From Mycobacterium sp. (GTDB lineage: Bacteria; Actinomycetota; Actinomycetes; Mycobacteriales; Mycobacteriaceae): 64,000 nt of DNA. The DNA lies in contig NZ_JAFBAT010000269.1 of the NCBI RefSeq assembly GCF_019247615.1, positions 5,587 to 69,586 of the forward strand, in the 5' to 3' direction. Positions 51,347 to 62,611 of the stretch are shown here, piece after piece. The first letter of the stretch is position 1, and the number at the start of each line of letters is the position of its first letter. The translations under genes were made by a program, and so were the position numbers. Under the pieces are notes generated by a model. It saw only the letters and a program-made list of their open reading frames with translations. It was not told the origin of the DNA and made no database searches.

Positions 51347-51418
51347 CTCCGTCGCCAGGACTCGAACCTGAACTCTCAGAACCAAAATCTGATGTGCTGC
51401 CGATTACACCACGACGGA
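51347..51418 (-). tRNA. tRNA-Gln (anticodon TTG), CCA not encoded
   Basis: Minus strand: TCCGTCG-TG-GTGT..GCAC-A-TCAGA-TTTTGGT-TCTGA-GAGT-TCAGG-TTCGAGT-CCTGG-CGACGGA-G. Confidence 0.85.
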
Positions 51419-51565
51419 TTGCGTGCCCACGGTGACTCTAGACGGTCGGCGGGCCGGTCGCGGTGCCCGTGAACCGATACGCTCATTGATGTGGCCGTTC
51501 TGGACCCTCATATACAGAAAGAGCCGGATAAGGCGGATAAAGAGGTGCGCCCGCCGCGCGCCCGC

Positions 51566-52159
51566 ATGACCGGCACCGAGCGCCGGCAACAGCTCATCGG
51601 CATCGCCCGCTCGCTGTTTGCCGAACGCGGTTACGAAGGCACCTCAATCGAGGAGATCGCCCTGCGGGCCAACGTGTCCAAGCCGGTCGTCTACGAGCAC
51701 TTCGGCGGCAAGGAGGGTTTGTACGCCGTCGTTGTCGACCGGGAGATGTCGGCGCTGTTGGACGGCATCACCTCGTCGCTGACCAATAACCGGTCACGGG
51801 TGCGCGTCGAACTCGTCGCGCTAGCGCTGCTCACCTACGTCGAGGAGCGCACCGACGGCTTCCGCATCATGATCCGCGACTCGCCGGCCGCGATCAGCTC
51901 CGGGACCTACTCCAGCTTGCTCAATGACGCCGTCAGCCAGGTCAGCTCGATCCTGGCCGGTGACTTCGCCCGTCGCGGGCTGGACCCGGATCTGGCGCCG
52001 CTGTACGCCCAAGCCCTGGTGGGCTCGGTGTCGATGACGGCGCAATGGTGGCTCGATACACGGGAGCCGAAGAAAGAGGTTGTCGCCGCGCATCTGGTCA
52101 ACCTGATGTGGAACGGCCTGACCCACCTGGAGGCCGACCCGAGGCTGCAGGACGAGTAG
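51566..52159 (+). CDS. TetR family transcriptional regulator (Rv1019-like)
   Basis: RRQQLIGIARSLFAERGYEGTSIEEIALRANVSKPVVYEHFGGKEGLY; the internal Met gives 197 aa. Confidence 0.85.
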   Translation: MTGTERRQQLIGIARSLFAERGYEGTSIEEIALRANVSKPVVYEHFGGKEGLYAVVVDREMSALLDGITSSLTNNRSRVRVELVALALLTYVEERTDGFRIMIRDSPAAISSGTYSSLLNDAVSQVSSILAGDFARRGLDPDLAPLYAQALVGSVSMTAQWWLDTREPKKEVVAAHLVNLMWNGLTHLEADPRLQDE

Positions 52160-52218
52160 CCCGGGCCGCAGTCCGACGAAAATCGCTGCCCGCCAAGGCG
52201 CCCTAGAATGGCGTCATC

Positions 52219-55200
52219 ATGACCGCACCGGGGCCTGCTATCTCAGAAACCCCGATCGCGGGGCTCGTGGGCCTGGCGCTGACAGCGCCGACCTTCCAGC
52301 GGTTGACCGAGACCGCGGCCGCCATACCCCCCGAACTGAGCCTGGTCGGGCCGGCCAGTGCGCGCCTGTTCGTCGCCACTGCGCTGGCGCGGCTGGGTCC
52401 GCTGCTGGTAGTCACCGCGACCGGGCGCGAGGCCGAGGACCTGACCGCCGAGCTGCGCGGCGTGTTCGGCGACGCGATGGCGGTCTTCCCGTCCTGGGAG
52501 ACGCTGCCGCACGAGCGGCTCTCGCCCGGCGTCGACACCGTCGGCGCCCGGATGCTGGTGCTGCGCCGGCTGGCCCACCCCGGCGACACCAGGCTGGGCC
52601 CGCCCCTGCGCGTGGTGGTGACTCCGGCGCGCTCGTTGCTGCAGCCGATGACGCCGCGGCTGGGCGACATTGAGCCCGTCACGTTCACGGTCGGCCAGGA
52701 AGTCGAATTCGAGGATGCGATCGCCCGGCTCGTCGAACTGGCCTACACCCGCGTGGACATGGTCGGCCGCCGGGGGGAGTTCGCCGTGCGCGGCGGGATC
52801 CTCGACGTTTTCCCCCCGACCGCCGAACACCCGGTCCGCATCGAGTTCTGGGGCGACGAGGTCAGCGAGATGCGGATGTTCTCGGTCGCCGACCAGCGCT
52901 CCATTCCGGAGATCGAGATCGACACGGTCGTCGCGGTCGCCTGCCGCGAACTGCTGCTCACCGACGACGTGCGAGCGCGTGCCGTCGAGCTGGCCGCCCG
53001 GTACCCGGCGGGGGAGAACGTCGTCACCGGCAGCGTCTCCGACATGCTGGCGAAGCTTGCCGAGGGCATCCCGGTCGACGGAATGGAGGCGTTGCTGCCG
53101 GTGCTCCGGCCCGGGGCGCACACGCTGCTGACCGATCAACTCGCCGAGGGCACGCCGGTGTTGGTGTGCGACCCGGAAAAGGCGCGGACTCGGGCCGCGG
53201 ACCTGATCAAGACCGGTCGGGAATTCCTCGAGGCGTCCTGGTCGGTCGCAGCCCTCGGGAGGGACGCGCCCGTCGACGTTCAACAATTGGGCGGTTCGGG
53301 ATTCGTCGAACTGGATGATGCGCGGGCGGCGGCGGCCCGGTCGGGTCATCCGTGGTGGACGCTCAGCCAGCTCTCCGACGAGTCGGCCATAGAGCTGGAT
53401 CTCCGGGCGGCGCCGTCGGCCCGCGGGCACCAGCAGGACATCGACGGCATCTTCGCGATGCTGCGCGCCCACGTGACGACCGGCGGGTGCGCCGCGGTGG
53501 TAACGCCGGGAATGGGCACCGCCCATCGCGTCGTCGAGCGGCTGGCCGACTCCGACACCCCGGCCACCATGCTGGAACCGGGTGCCGCGCCTAAGCCAGG
53601 CGTGGTAGGGGTCCTCAAGGGACCGCTGCATGACGGTGTCGTGATTCCCGGCGCCAACCTGGTGATCATCACCGAGACGGACCTGACCGGTAATCGCGCG
53701 ACCGCCGTCGAGGGCAAGCGCCTGGCCGCCAAGCGGCGCAATACCGTCGACCCGCTGGCGCTCACCGCCGGCGACCTGGTGGTGCACGACCAGCACGGCA
53801 TCGGGCGTTTCATCGAGATGACCGAGCGCACGGTCGGCGGGGCGCGGCGTGAATACCTGGTGCTGGAATACGCGTCCAGCAAGCGAGGCGGCGGGTCGGA
53901 CAAGTTGTACGTCCCCATGGACTCGCTGGACCAGCTGTCCCGGTACGTCGGCGGCCAGGCGCCAGCGCTGAGCCGACTCGGCGGCAGCGACTGGGCGAAC
54001 ACCAAGACCAAGGCGCGACGCGCGGTGCGCGAGATCGCCGGCGAGTTGGTGTCGCTATACGCGAAGCGGCAAGCCAGCCCCGGGCACGCGTTCGGGCCGG
54101 ACACCCCCTGGCAGGCCGAGATGGAGGACGCGTTCGGCTTCACCGAAACCGTCGACCAGCTCACGGCAATCCAAGAGGTCAAGGCCGACATGGAAAGGCC
54201 GATCCCGATGGACCGGGTGATCTGCGGTGATGTCGGCTACGGCAAGACCGAGATCGCGGTGCGGGCGGCGTTCAAAGCCGTGCAGGACGGCAAGCAGGCC
54301 GCCGTGCTGGTGCCCACCACGCTGCTGGCCGACCAGCACCTGCAGACGTTCAGCGAACGAATGGCCGAGTTTCCCGTCACGGTCAAGGGGCTGTCCCGGT
54401 TCACCGACCCCGCCGAGTCGCGCGCCGTCATCGACGGGCTGGCCGACGGCACGGTCGACATCGTGATCGGCACGCACCGACTCCTGCAGACCGGCGTGCG
54501 CTGGAAGGATCTGGGCCTCGTCGTCGTCGACGAGGAACAGCGGTTCGGCGTCGAGCACAAGGAGCACATCAAGTCGCTGCGCACCCACGTCGACGTCCTG
54601 ACGATGAGCGCCACCCCGATTCCGCGCACCCTGGAGATGAGCCTGGCCGGGATCCGCGAGATGTCGACGATCCTGACGCCTCCCGAAGACCGCTACCCGG
54701 TGCTGACCTACGTCGGTCCGCACGACGACAAGCAGGTCGCCGCCGCGCTGCGCCGCGAGCTGCTGCGCGACGGCCAGGCGTTCTACGTGCACAACCGGGT
54801 CAGCTCCATCGACCGGGCGGCGGCGCGGGTCCGGGAGCTGTTGCCCGAGGCGCGCGTCGCCGTCGCGCACGGGCAGATGCCCGAGGATCTGTTGGAACGC
54901 ACCGTGCAGGGGTTCTGGAATCGCGAGTACGACATCCTGGTGTGCACGACGATCGTGGAGACGGGTCTCGACATTTCCAACGCCAACACCCTCATCGTCG
55001 AGCGCGCCGATACCTTCGGCCTGTCCCAGCTGCACCAGCTCCGCGGCCGCGTCGGCCGCAGCCGCGAGCGGGGCTACGCGTACTTTCTCTACCCGCCGCA
55101 CGCGCCGCTGACCGAGACGGCCTACGACCGGCTGGCGACCATCGCCCAGAACAACGAGCTGGGCGCGGGCATGGCCGTCGCGCTCAAGGACCTCGAGATC

Positions 55201-55896
55201 CGCGGCGCCGGCAACGTGTTGGGTGTCGAGCAGTCCGGGCACGTCGCCGGGGTCGGCTTCGACCTCTATGTTCGGTTGGTGGGCGAGGCCGTTGAGGCCT
55301 ACCGGGCAGCCTTGAAGGCAGCAGAGGACGGACAGACCGTCACCACCGCCGAGGAGCCCAAGGACGTTCGCATCGACCTGCCGGTTGACGCCCACCTGCC
55401 GCCGGATTACATCGCCAGCGACCGGCTGCGCCTCGAGGGCTACCGGCGGCTGGCCGCGGCGTCCTCCGACGCGGAGATCGACGCCGTCGTGGAGGAGCTG
55501 ATCGACCGCTACGGGCCGCTGCCCGAGCCCGCCGAGCGGCTGGTGGCCGTGGCGCGGTTGCGGTTGCTGTGCCGCGCCGCAGGCATCACCGAGGTGTCGG
55601 CGCCGTCGGCGGCCACCGTGCGGCTCTCGCCGGTGACGCTGCTGGACTCGGCCCAGGTGCGCCTGAAGCGGATGTATCCGGCGGCGCACTACCGCGCCAC
55701 CACGTCAACGGTGCAAGTTCCTATCCCGCGAGCCGGCGGGGGCTCCAAAAGTTTCGGGGCTGCCGCCCCTATGCGCGATGTCGAGTTGGTGCAGATGGTG
55801 GCCGATCTCGTGACAGCACTGCAGGGGAAGCCACAGCAGGAGATTGGTATAACGAGTGCGTCACCGACGGCCAGGGAGGAGCGACAGGCGCGATGA
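52219..55896 (+). CDS. mfd: transcription-repair coupling factor
   Basis: 1225 aa; GDVGYGKTE (Walker A), VVDEEQRFG (DEEQ box), TATPIPRT-like [10 protein letters not shown]-terminal TRCF domain. Confidence 0.95.
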   Translation: MTAPGPAISETPIAGLVGLALTAPTFQRLTETAAAIPPELSLVGPASARLFVATALARLGPLLVVTATGREAEDLTAELRGVFGDAMAVFPSWETLPHERLSPGVDTVGARMLVLRRLAHPGDTRLGPPLRVVVTPARSLLQPMTPRLGDIEPVTFTVGQEVEFEDAIARLVELAYTRVDMVGRRGEFAVRGGILDVFPPTAEHPVRIEFWGDEVSEMRMFSVADQRSIPEIEIDTVVAVACRELLLTDDVRARAVELAARYPAGENVVTGSVSDMLAKLAEGIPVDGMEALLPVLRPGAHTLLTDQLAEGTPVLVCDPEKARTRAADLIKTGREFLEASWSVAALGRDAPVDVQQLGGSGFVELDDARAAAARSGHPWWTLSQLSDESAIELDLRAAPSARGHQQDIDGIFAMLRAHVTTGGCAAVVTPGMGTAHRVVERLADSDTPATMLEPGAAPKPGVVGVLKGPLHDGVVIPGANLVIITETDLTGNRATAVEGKRLAAKRRNTVDPLALTAGDLVVHDQHGIGRFIEMTERTVGGARREYLVLEYASSKRGGGSDKLYVPMDSLDQLSRYVGGQAPALSRLGGSDWANTKTKARRAVREIAGELVSLYAKRQASPGHAFGPDTPWQAEMEDAFGFTETVDQLTAIQEVKADMERPIPMDRVICGDVGYGKTEIAVRAAFKAVQDGKQAAVLVPTTLLADQHLQTFSERMAEFPVTVKGLSRFTDPAESRAVIDGLADGTVDIVIGTHRLLQTGVRWKDLGLVVVDEEQRFGVEHKEHIKSLRTHVDVLTMSATPIPRTLEMSLAGIREMSTILTPPEDRYPVLTYVGPHDDKQVAAALRRELLRDGQAFYVHNRVSSIDRAAARVRELLPEARVAVAHGQMPEDLLERTVQGFWNREYDILVCTTIVETGLDISNANTLIVERADTFGLSQLHQLRGRVGRSRERGYAYFLYPPHAPLTETAYDRLATIAQNNELGAGMAVALKDLEIRGAGNVLGVEQSGHVAGVGFDLYVRLVGEAVEAYRAALKAAEDGQTVTTAEEPKDVRIDLPVDAHLPPDYIASDRLRLEGYRRLAAASSDAEIDAVVEELIDRYGPLPEPAERLVAVARLRLLCRAAGITEVSAPSAATVRLSPVTLLDSAQVRLKRMYPAAHYRATTSTVQVPIPRAGGGSKSFGAAAPMRDVELVQMVADLVTALQGKPQQEIGITSASPTAREERQAR

Positions 55897-56963
55897 TCGT
55901 CGTCTTGTTCGACCCACGGCGACCGTCGCTGGTACCCGTCGAGGCCATCGAGTACCTCACCGGCGAGGTGCAGTACACCGAGGAGATGCCCGTCGCGGTG
56001 CCGTGGTCGCTACCCGCCGCGCGGCCGGTGCACACCGGAGATCCCGAAGCCCCGGCGCCGGTGCTGCTGTCGTCCGATCCCGACCACCCCGCAGTCACCG
56101 CACGATTGGCCGCCGGAGCCCGCCTGATCTCGGCGCCGGAGACGCCGCGCGGGGAGCGGCTGGTGGACGCCGTGGCGATGATGGACAAACTGCGCACCGC
56201 CGGACCGTGGGAAAGCGAGCAAACCCACGATTCGTTGCGAAGGTACCTGCTCGAGGAGACCTACGAGTTGTTGGACGCCGTTCGCAGCGGCAGCGCCGAC
56301 CAGTTGCGGGAAGAACTCGGCGACGTGCTGCTGCAGGTGCTTTTCCACGCCCGCATCGCAGAGGATGCGCCGCAGTCTCCCTTTACCATCGACGACGTCG
56401 CCGCCGCGTTGATGCGTAAGCTCGGCAATCGCGTACCCGGAGTCCTTGCGGGACAATCTATTTCGCTCGAAGATCAATTGGCCCAGTGGGAAGAGCGCAA
56501 GGCGGCCGAAAAGGCACGCAACTCGGTGATGGACGACGTCCACACCGGCCAGCCGGCACTTGCATTGGCGCAGAAGGTGATTCAACGCGCCGAACAGGCC
56601 GGTTTTCCGAACGATCTCATCCCGCCGGAGATCACCTCGATCTCGGTGTCGGCAGACATCGATGCCGAAAGCGCCCTGCGGACGGCCGTTTTGGAGTTCG
56701 TAGACAGCGTTCGCATCGCCGAGTGGGCGATCGCCGCCGCGCGCCGGGGGAACATCATTCCGGACGAGCTGGACGTGGCCCCCCTCGGGGAGGTAACCGA
56801 GCAGGAGTGGCGGGGGCACTGGCCACCTCGTGCATCGGCAACCCACGGCGAGATGCCGAGGTCCGCAGCGGCCGAGGAGGGGACCGCCGAAGCCGAAGAG
56901 AAGTCTCGGGCCGGCCCGAAAGCGTCCGGCGGGGGCTCGAAGCGACGCCGGGGGCGGCGGTAA
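55893..56963 (+). CDS. mazG: nucleoside triphosphate pyrophosphohydrolase MazG with basic C-terminal tail
   Basis: The ATG overlaps the mfd stop (ATGA). [42 protein letters not shown] is the MazG EExxE core. Confidence 0.85.
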   Translation: MIVVLFDPRRPSLVPVEAIEYLTGEVQYTEEMPVAVPWSLPAARPVHTGDPEAPAPVLLSSDPDHPAVTARLAAGARLISAPETPRGERLVDAVAMMDKLRTAGPWESEQTHDSLRRYLLEETYELLDAVRSGSADQLREELGDVLLQVLFHARIAEDAPQSPFTIDDVAAALMRKLGNRVPGVLAGQSISLEDQLAQWEERKAAEKARNSVMDDVHTGQPALALAQKVIQRAEQAGFPNDLIPPEITSISVSADIDAESALRTAVLEFVDSVRIAEWAIAAARRGNIIPDELDVAPLGEVTEQEWRGHWPPRASATHGEMPRSAAAEEGTAEAEEKSRAGPKASGGGSKRRRGRR

Positions 56964-57188
56964 GGCCGATCAAATCCGCGGTCGCGGCACTGGCCCGGCA
57001 GCGATGAGCGTGACGTTTGCCATGTCAGTCGTTTAGGCACCTGTGACGGAGAGTTGGGGTCGGGAATCGGGCGCGTCGCAAGTTTCCGGATTCGCTAGCC
57101 ATCGTTGCCGTCAGCTAACCTATTTCCCGCTGACCCCGCGCCGCGTTGGCGAGTTCGGGGCCCAATCAGCCGGATAGCCCCGAATCCC

Positions 57189-59313
<2,125 letters not shown>

Positions 59314-59325
59314 GTTGGAATTCCC

Positions 59326-59940
59326 TTGACCGCCAAGCCGGATCCGAAGCGGCGATCCCCGGCGTCACGCCCGGGGAAGGCCGGCGATTCGGACCGGCGC
59401 CGAGGGGCCGCGAAGCCCGCAACCCGCGTGAGCCGCGATCCCACCCGGACGTTGCGTGAGCGTGTCGTCGAGCCCATCAAGCGTCAGGTCGCAGAATCCG
59501 TTGAGCAGCGTTCCGATCAGCGACTCGGTTTCACCGCGCGACGTGCGGCGGTGCTGGCCGCGGTCATCTGCGTGTTGACGTTGACCATCGCCGGGCCGGT
59601 GCGCACCTACTTCGCGCAACGCACCGAGATGGACCAGCTGGCGGCAAGTCAAGCCGCGCTGCGGCGCCAGATCGCCGACCTCGAGCAAAAGAAGGGCAAG
59701 CTGGCCGACCCGGCATACATTGCGGCGCAGGCCCGCGAGCGCCTCGGCTTCGTGATGCCGGGCGACATCCCGTTCCAGGTTCAGCTGCCGCCGACGGCGG
59801 CAGCGTCCCCGCAGCAGGGAGCCGACTCGGCGAAACCGGCGACCAACAACCCCTGGTACACCTCGCTGTGGCATACCATCGCCGACGCGCCCCACCTGCC
59901 ACCGGAGAGCGCGCCGAATCCCACGACCCCCGGTGGTTGA
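59326..59940 (+). CDS. ftsB: cell division protein FtsB/DivIC-like (septum formation initiator; Rv1024-like)
   Basis: Basic N-terminus, one TM (AAVLAAVICVLTLTIAG), coiled coil (QRTEMDQLAASQAALRRQIADLEQKKGKL), Pro-rich tail. Confidence 0.8.
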   Translation: MTAKPDPKRRSPASRPGKAGDSDRRRGAAKPATRVSRDPTRTLRERVVEPIKRQVAESVEQRSDQRLGFTARRAAVLAAVICVLTLTIAGPVRTYFAQRTEMDQLAASQAALRRQIADLEQKKGKLADPAYIAAQARERLGFVMPGDIPFQVQLPPTAAASPQQGADSAKPATNNPWYTSLWHTIADAPHLPPESAPNPTTPGG

Positions 59941-60424
59941 CCGCGCCGACCTGGAAGCGGTGGCGCGTCAGCTCGGGCGTGCGCCGCGTGGGGTACTTGA
60001 GATCGCCTACCGGTGCCCCAACGGTGAACCCGGCGTGGTCAAAACCGCGCCGAAACTTCCTGACGGGACGCCCTTTCCGACGTTGTACTACCTGACTCAT
60101 CCGGTGCTGACCGCGGCCGCGAGCAGGCTGGAGACGACGGGATTGATGCGAGAGATGACCGATCGGTTGCAGCGCGACCAGGAACTGGCGGCCGCCTACC
60201 GGCGAGCCCACGAATCGTATCTGGCCGAGCGCGACGCCATCGAGCCGCTGGGGACAACGTTTTCCGCCGGCGGAATGCCCGACCGGGTCAAGTGCCTGCA
60301 TGTGCTGATGGCGCACTCGCTGGCCAAGGGTCCCGGCGTGAATCCGCTCGGCGACGAGTCCTTGGCCATTCTGGCCCGCGAAGCGGGGACCGCTGCGGAA
60401 TTAGTGGGGCCGCAGTGGCGGTGA
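59933..60424 (+). CDS. DUF501-domain protein (Rv1025-like)
   Basis: 163 aa; ..RCPNGEPGVVKTAPKLPDGTPFPTLYYLTHP..VKCLHVLMAH; overlaps both neighbours. Confidence 0.8.
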   Translation: MVDRADLEAVARQLGRAPRGVLEIAYRCPNGEPGVVKTAPKLPDGTPFPTLYYLTHPVLTAAASRLETTGLMREMTDRLQRDQELAAAYRRAHESYLAERDAIEPLGTTFSAGGMPDRVKCLHVLMAHSLAKGPGVNPLGDESLAILAREAGTAAELVGPQWR

Positions 60425-61359
60425 GGGCCGCCGCAATTGACTGCGGTACCAACTCGATTCGCTTGTTAATCGCCGACGTCAGCGCCGGGCGGCTGCGGGA
60501 TGTTCATCGCGAGACGCGGATCGTCCGGCTGGGTCAGGGCGTCGACGCAACGGGTGAGTTCGCGCCTGAAGCGATAGCCCGAACGCGCGCGGCGTTGGTC
60601 GATTACGCCGCGCTGCTACGCGCACACGGCGTGGACCGGGCACGGATGGTGGCCACATCGGCCGCCCGGGATGTCGCCAATCGCGACGTCTTCTTTGCGA
60701 TGACGGCCGAGGTGCTGGGTGCCGTCGTGCCGGGCGCGGTTGCCGAGGTGATCACCGGTGACGAGGAGGCCGCGCTGTCCTTCAGTGGGGCCGTCGCTGA
60801 ACTGGACAGCGCGGCGGCGCCTTTCGTCGTGGTCGATCTCGGTGGTGGCTCCACCGAGATCGTGCTGGGTACCGATGCGGTGGTGGCGAGCTACTCGGCC
60901 GATATCGGGTGTGTCCGGTTGACCGAACGCTGTTTGCGCTCGGACCCACCGACACCCGAGGAAGTGCAGGCGGCTCGCCGGGTGGTGCGCGAGCGCCTTG
61001 AAGTCGCGCTTGGCGTGGTGCCCGTCGAGGGCGCGCGCAGCTGGGTCGGACTCGCCGGAACGTTTACCACGCTGTCCGCTCTCGCCCACAACATGACGGC
61101 CTATGACTCTGCGGCCATTCATCTTTCGCGCGTTCCCGGCGCCAATCTGCTGGCGGTGTGTGAGCGGCTGATCGGCATGACCCGGGCCCAGCGCGCGGCG
61201 CTGGGGCCGATGCACGAGGGCCGCGCCGATGTGATCGCTGGCGGCGCGATCGTGGTGGAGGAGTTGGCTCGCGAACTCCGCGCCCGCGCGGGGATCGACG
61301 AGCTGATCGTCAGCGAGCACGACATCCTGGACGGGATCGTACTGTCGATCGCTGGTTGA
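60421..61359 (+). CDS. ppx: Ppx/GppA family exopolyphosphatase
   Basis: The GTG overlaps the upstream stop (GTGA). AAIDCGTNSIRLLIADV..VVDLGGGSTE: ASKHA phosphate-binding motifs. Confidence 0.85.
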   Translation: MRAAAIDCGTNSIRLLIADVSAGRLRDVHRETRIVRLGQGVDATGEFAPEAIARTRAALVDYAALLRAHGVDRARMVATSAARDVANRDVFFAMTAEVLGAVVPGAVAEVITGDEEAALSFSGAVAELDSAAAPFVVVDLGGGSTEIVLGTDAVVASYSADIGCVRLTERCLRSDPPTPEEVQAARRVVRERLEVALGVVPVEGARSWVGLAGTFTTLSALAHNMTAYDSAAIHLSRVPGANLLAVCERLIGMTRAQRAALGPMHEGRADVIAGGAIVVEELARELRARAGIDELIVSEHDILDGIVLSIAG

Positions 61360-61463
61360 GTCACATCAGCCACAGGAGTCCCCGCTGGGGAGACAGTCGG
61401 CTTTTTGCCCGCCTCGTAGCGACAACTCTGATTGATGTCATACCGGCATGCGACCGTCGGAAT

Positions 61464-61793
61464 ATGAATCTCACAGGAATAGAGCTTCGTTACGTGCTCG
61501 CAATGCATCTCGCCCACAATGGACGCGCGACTATCACCGAGATGGCTGATGCGCTTGAGGCACAAGGGTTTTGCATCGCTGGCAGGCCGTCGAAGGCCAT
61601 ATCGGATGCCTTGCGGCGGTGGGAGACCGGACGGGACAGGGTACGCCGGCTTCGGCGGGGGTTGTACGGTCCGGGCTACATCCCGCGCTCCACCGAATAC
61701 CGGATACACCAACGGGTGCTGGCTTTGCGCGCGGCAGCGAAATTGTCGCTGCGAGCCGGGCAAAAGGAGCACCGCCTCCCCTCCGGGGACTGA
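61464..61793 (+). CDS. hypothetical small protein (possible winged-helix DNA-binding fold)
   Basis: 109-aa reading from MNLTGIELRYVLAMHLAHNGRATITEMADALEAQGF..; lies in visibly AT-richer DNA; not recalled at the M. tuberculosis ppx-kdpE junction; no family recognised. Confidence 0.35.
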   Translation: MNLTGIELRYVLAMHLAHNGRATITEMADALEAQGFCIAGRPSKAISDALRRWETGRDRVRRLRRGLYGPGYIPRSTEYRIHQRVLALRAAAKLSLRAGQKEHRLPSGD

Positions 61794-61808
61794 AGTGACG
61801 CATGTGAC

Positions 61809-62489
61809 TCACGCCTCGAAGCGATAGCCCATGCCCGATTCGGTCAACAGGTGCTTGGGGTGCGACGGGTCGTCTTCCAACTTTCGCCGCAGCTGCGCCA
61901 GATACACACGCAGGTAATGGGTCTCGGTGGCGTACGCCGGGCCCCAAACTTCCTTCAGCAACTCCTCGCGGCCGACCAGCTTGCCGCGATTGCGCACGAG
62001 CACCTCGAGCATGCCCCATTCGGTGGGTGTGAGATGCACCTCGGCACCGTCCTTGATGACCTTCTTGGCGGCCAGGTCGACGGTGAACGCCTCGGTCTCG
62101 ATCACCGGCTCATCCATCTCGGACGCCACGGCGTTGCGGCGCACGGCGGCGCGCAGCCGGGCCAAAAATTCGTCCATCCCAAAGGGTTTGGTGACGTAGT
62201 CGTCGGCACCGGCGTCCAAGGCCTCCACCTTGTCCGACGAATCGGTGCGCGCCGAGAGCACGATCACCGGCGCCATCAGCCAGCCCCGCAGCCCGGCCAG
62301 CACCTCGATGCCCGAGATGTCGGGCAGGCCGAGATCGAGGATCACCACGTCGGGCTTGTGCTCGGCGGCGGCGCGCAAGGCCCCGGCCCCAGTCGATGCC
62401 GTGACGACCTCGTATCCGCGCACGGACAGGTTGATTCGCAGGGCGCGCAGGATGTGCGGCTCGTCGTCGATCACCAGTACGCGGGTCAT
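61809..62489 (-). CDS. kdpE: OmpR-family response regulator KdpE
   Basis: MTRVLVIDDEPHILRAL..VILDLGLPD.. receiver domain plus winged-helix output (..LTPTEWGMLEVL..GYRF). Confidence 0.9.
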   Translation of the reverse strand: MTRVLVIDDEPHILRALRINLSVRGYEVVTASTGAGALRAAAEHKPDVVILDLGLPDISGIEVLAGLRGWLMAPVIVLSARTDSSDKVEALDAGADDYVTKPFGMDEFLARLRAAVRRNAVASEMDEPVIETEAFTVDLAAKKVIKDGAEVHLTPTEWGMLEVLVRNRGKLVGREELLKEVWGPAYATETHYLRVYLAQLRRKLEDDPSHPKHLLTESGMGYRFEA

Positions 62490-62611
62490 CGGCGCCGCTC
62501 TCCCCCGCAAGCGGGTGGGGTCCCCGCGGAGCTGGGGAGTGCCCCCACCTCACAGCTGCGGCCCCCGCGAGCGGGTGGTGCCCCCAGTGCATCGTCGCCG
62601 GCGCGGGTCAT
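62490..62611. repeat. 112-bp G+C-rich intergenic insertion plus 10-bp target-site duplication (MIRU-like) between kdpD and kdpE
   Basis: CGCGGGTCAT occurs at 62480-62489 and again at 62602-62611. The internal motif CACCCGCT(C/T)GCGGGGG recurs about 60 nt apart. The insertion holds a 41-codon ORF bridging the kdpD stop and the kdpE start. Confidence 0.7.

Noticed and set aside
52243-55689. Two long minus-strand ORFs (517 and 544 aa) inside mfd
   Set aside because: Antisense to Mfd, whose helicase motifs are clear; compositionally artefactual.
62110-62592. 160-aa minus-strand ORF starting inside the kdpD-kdpE insertion (MHWGHHPLAGAAAVRWGHSPAPRGPHPLAGE..)
   Set aside because: It runs out of frame through kdpE. 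Only its first ~35 codons reflect the repeat element. The in-frame 41-codon mini-ORF is the structurally meaningful reading.
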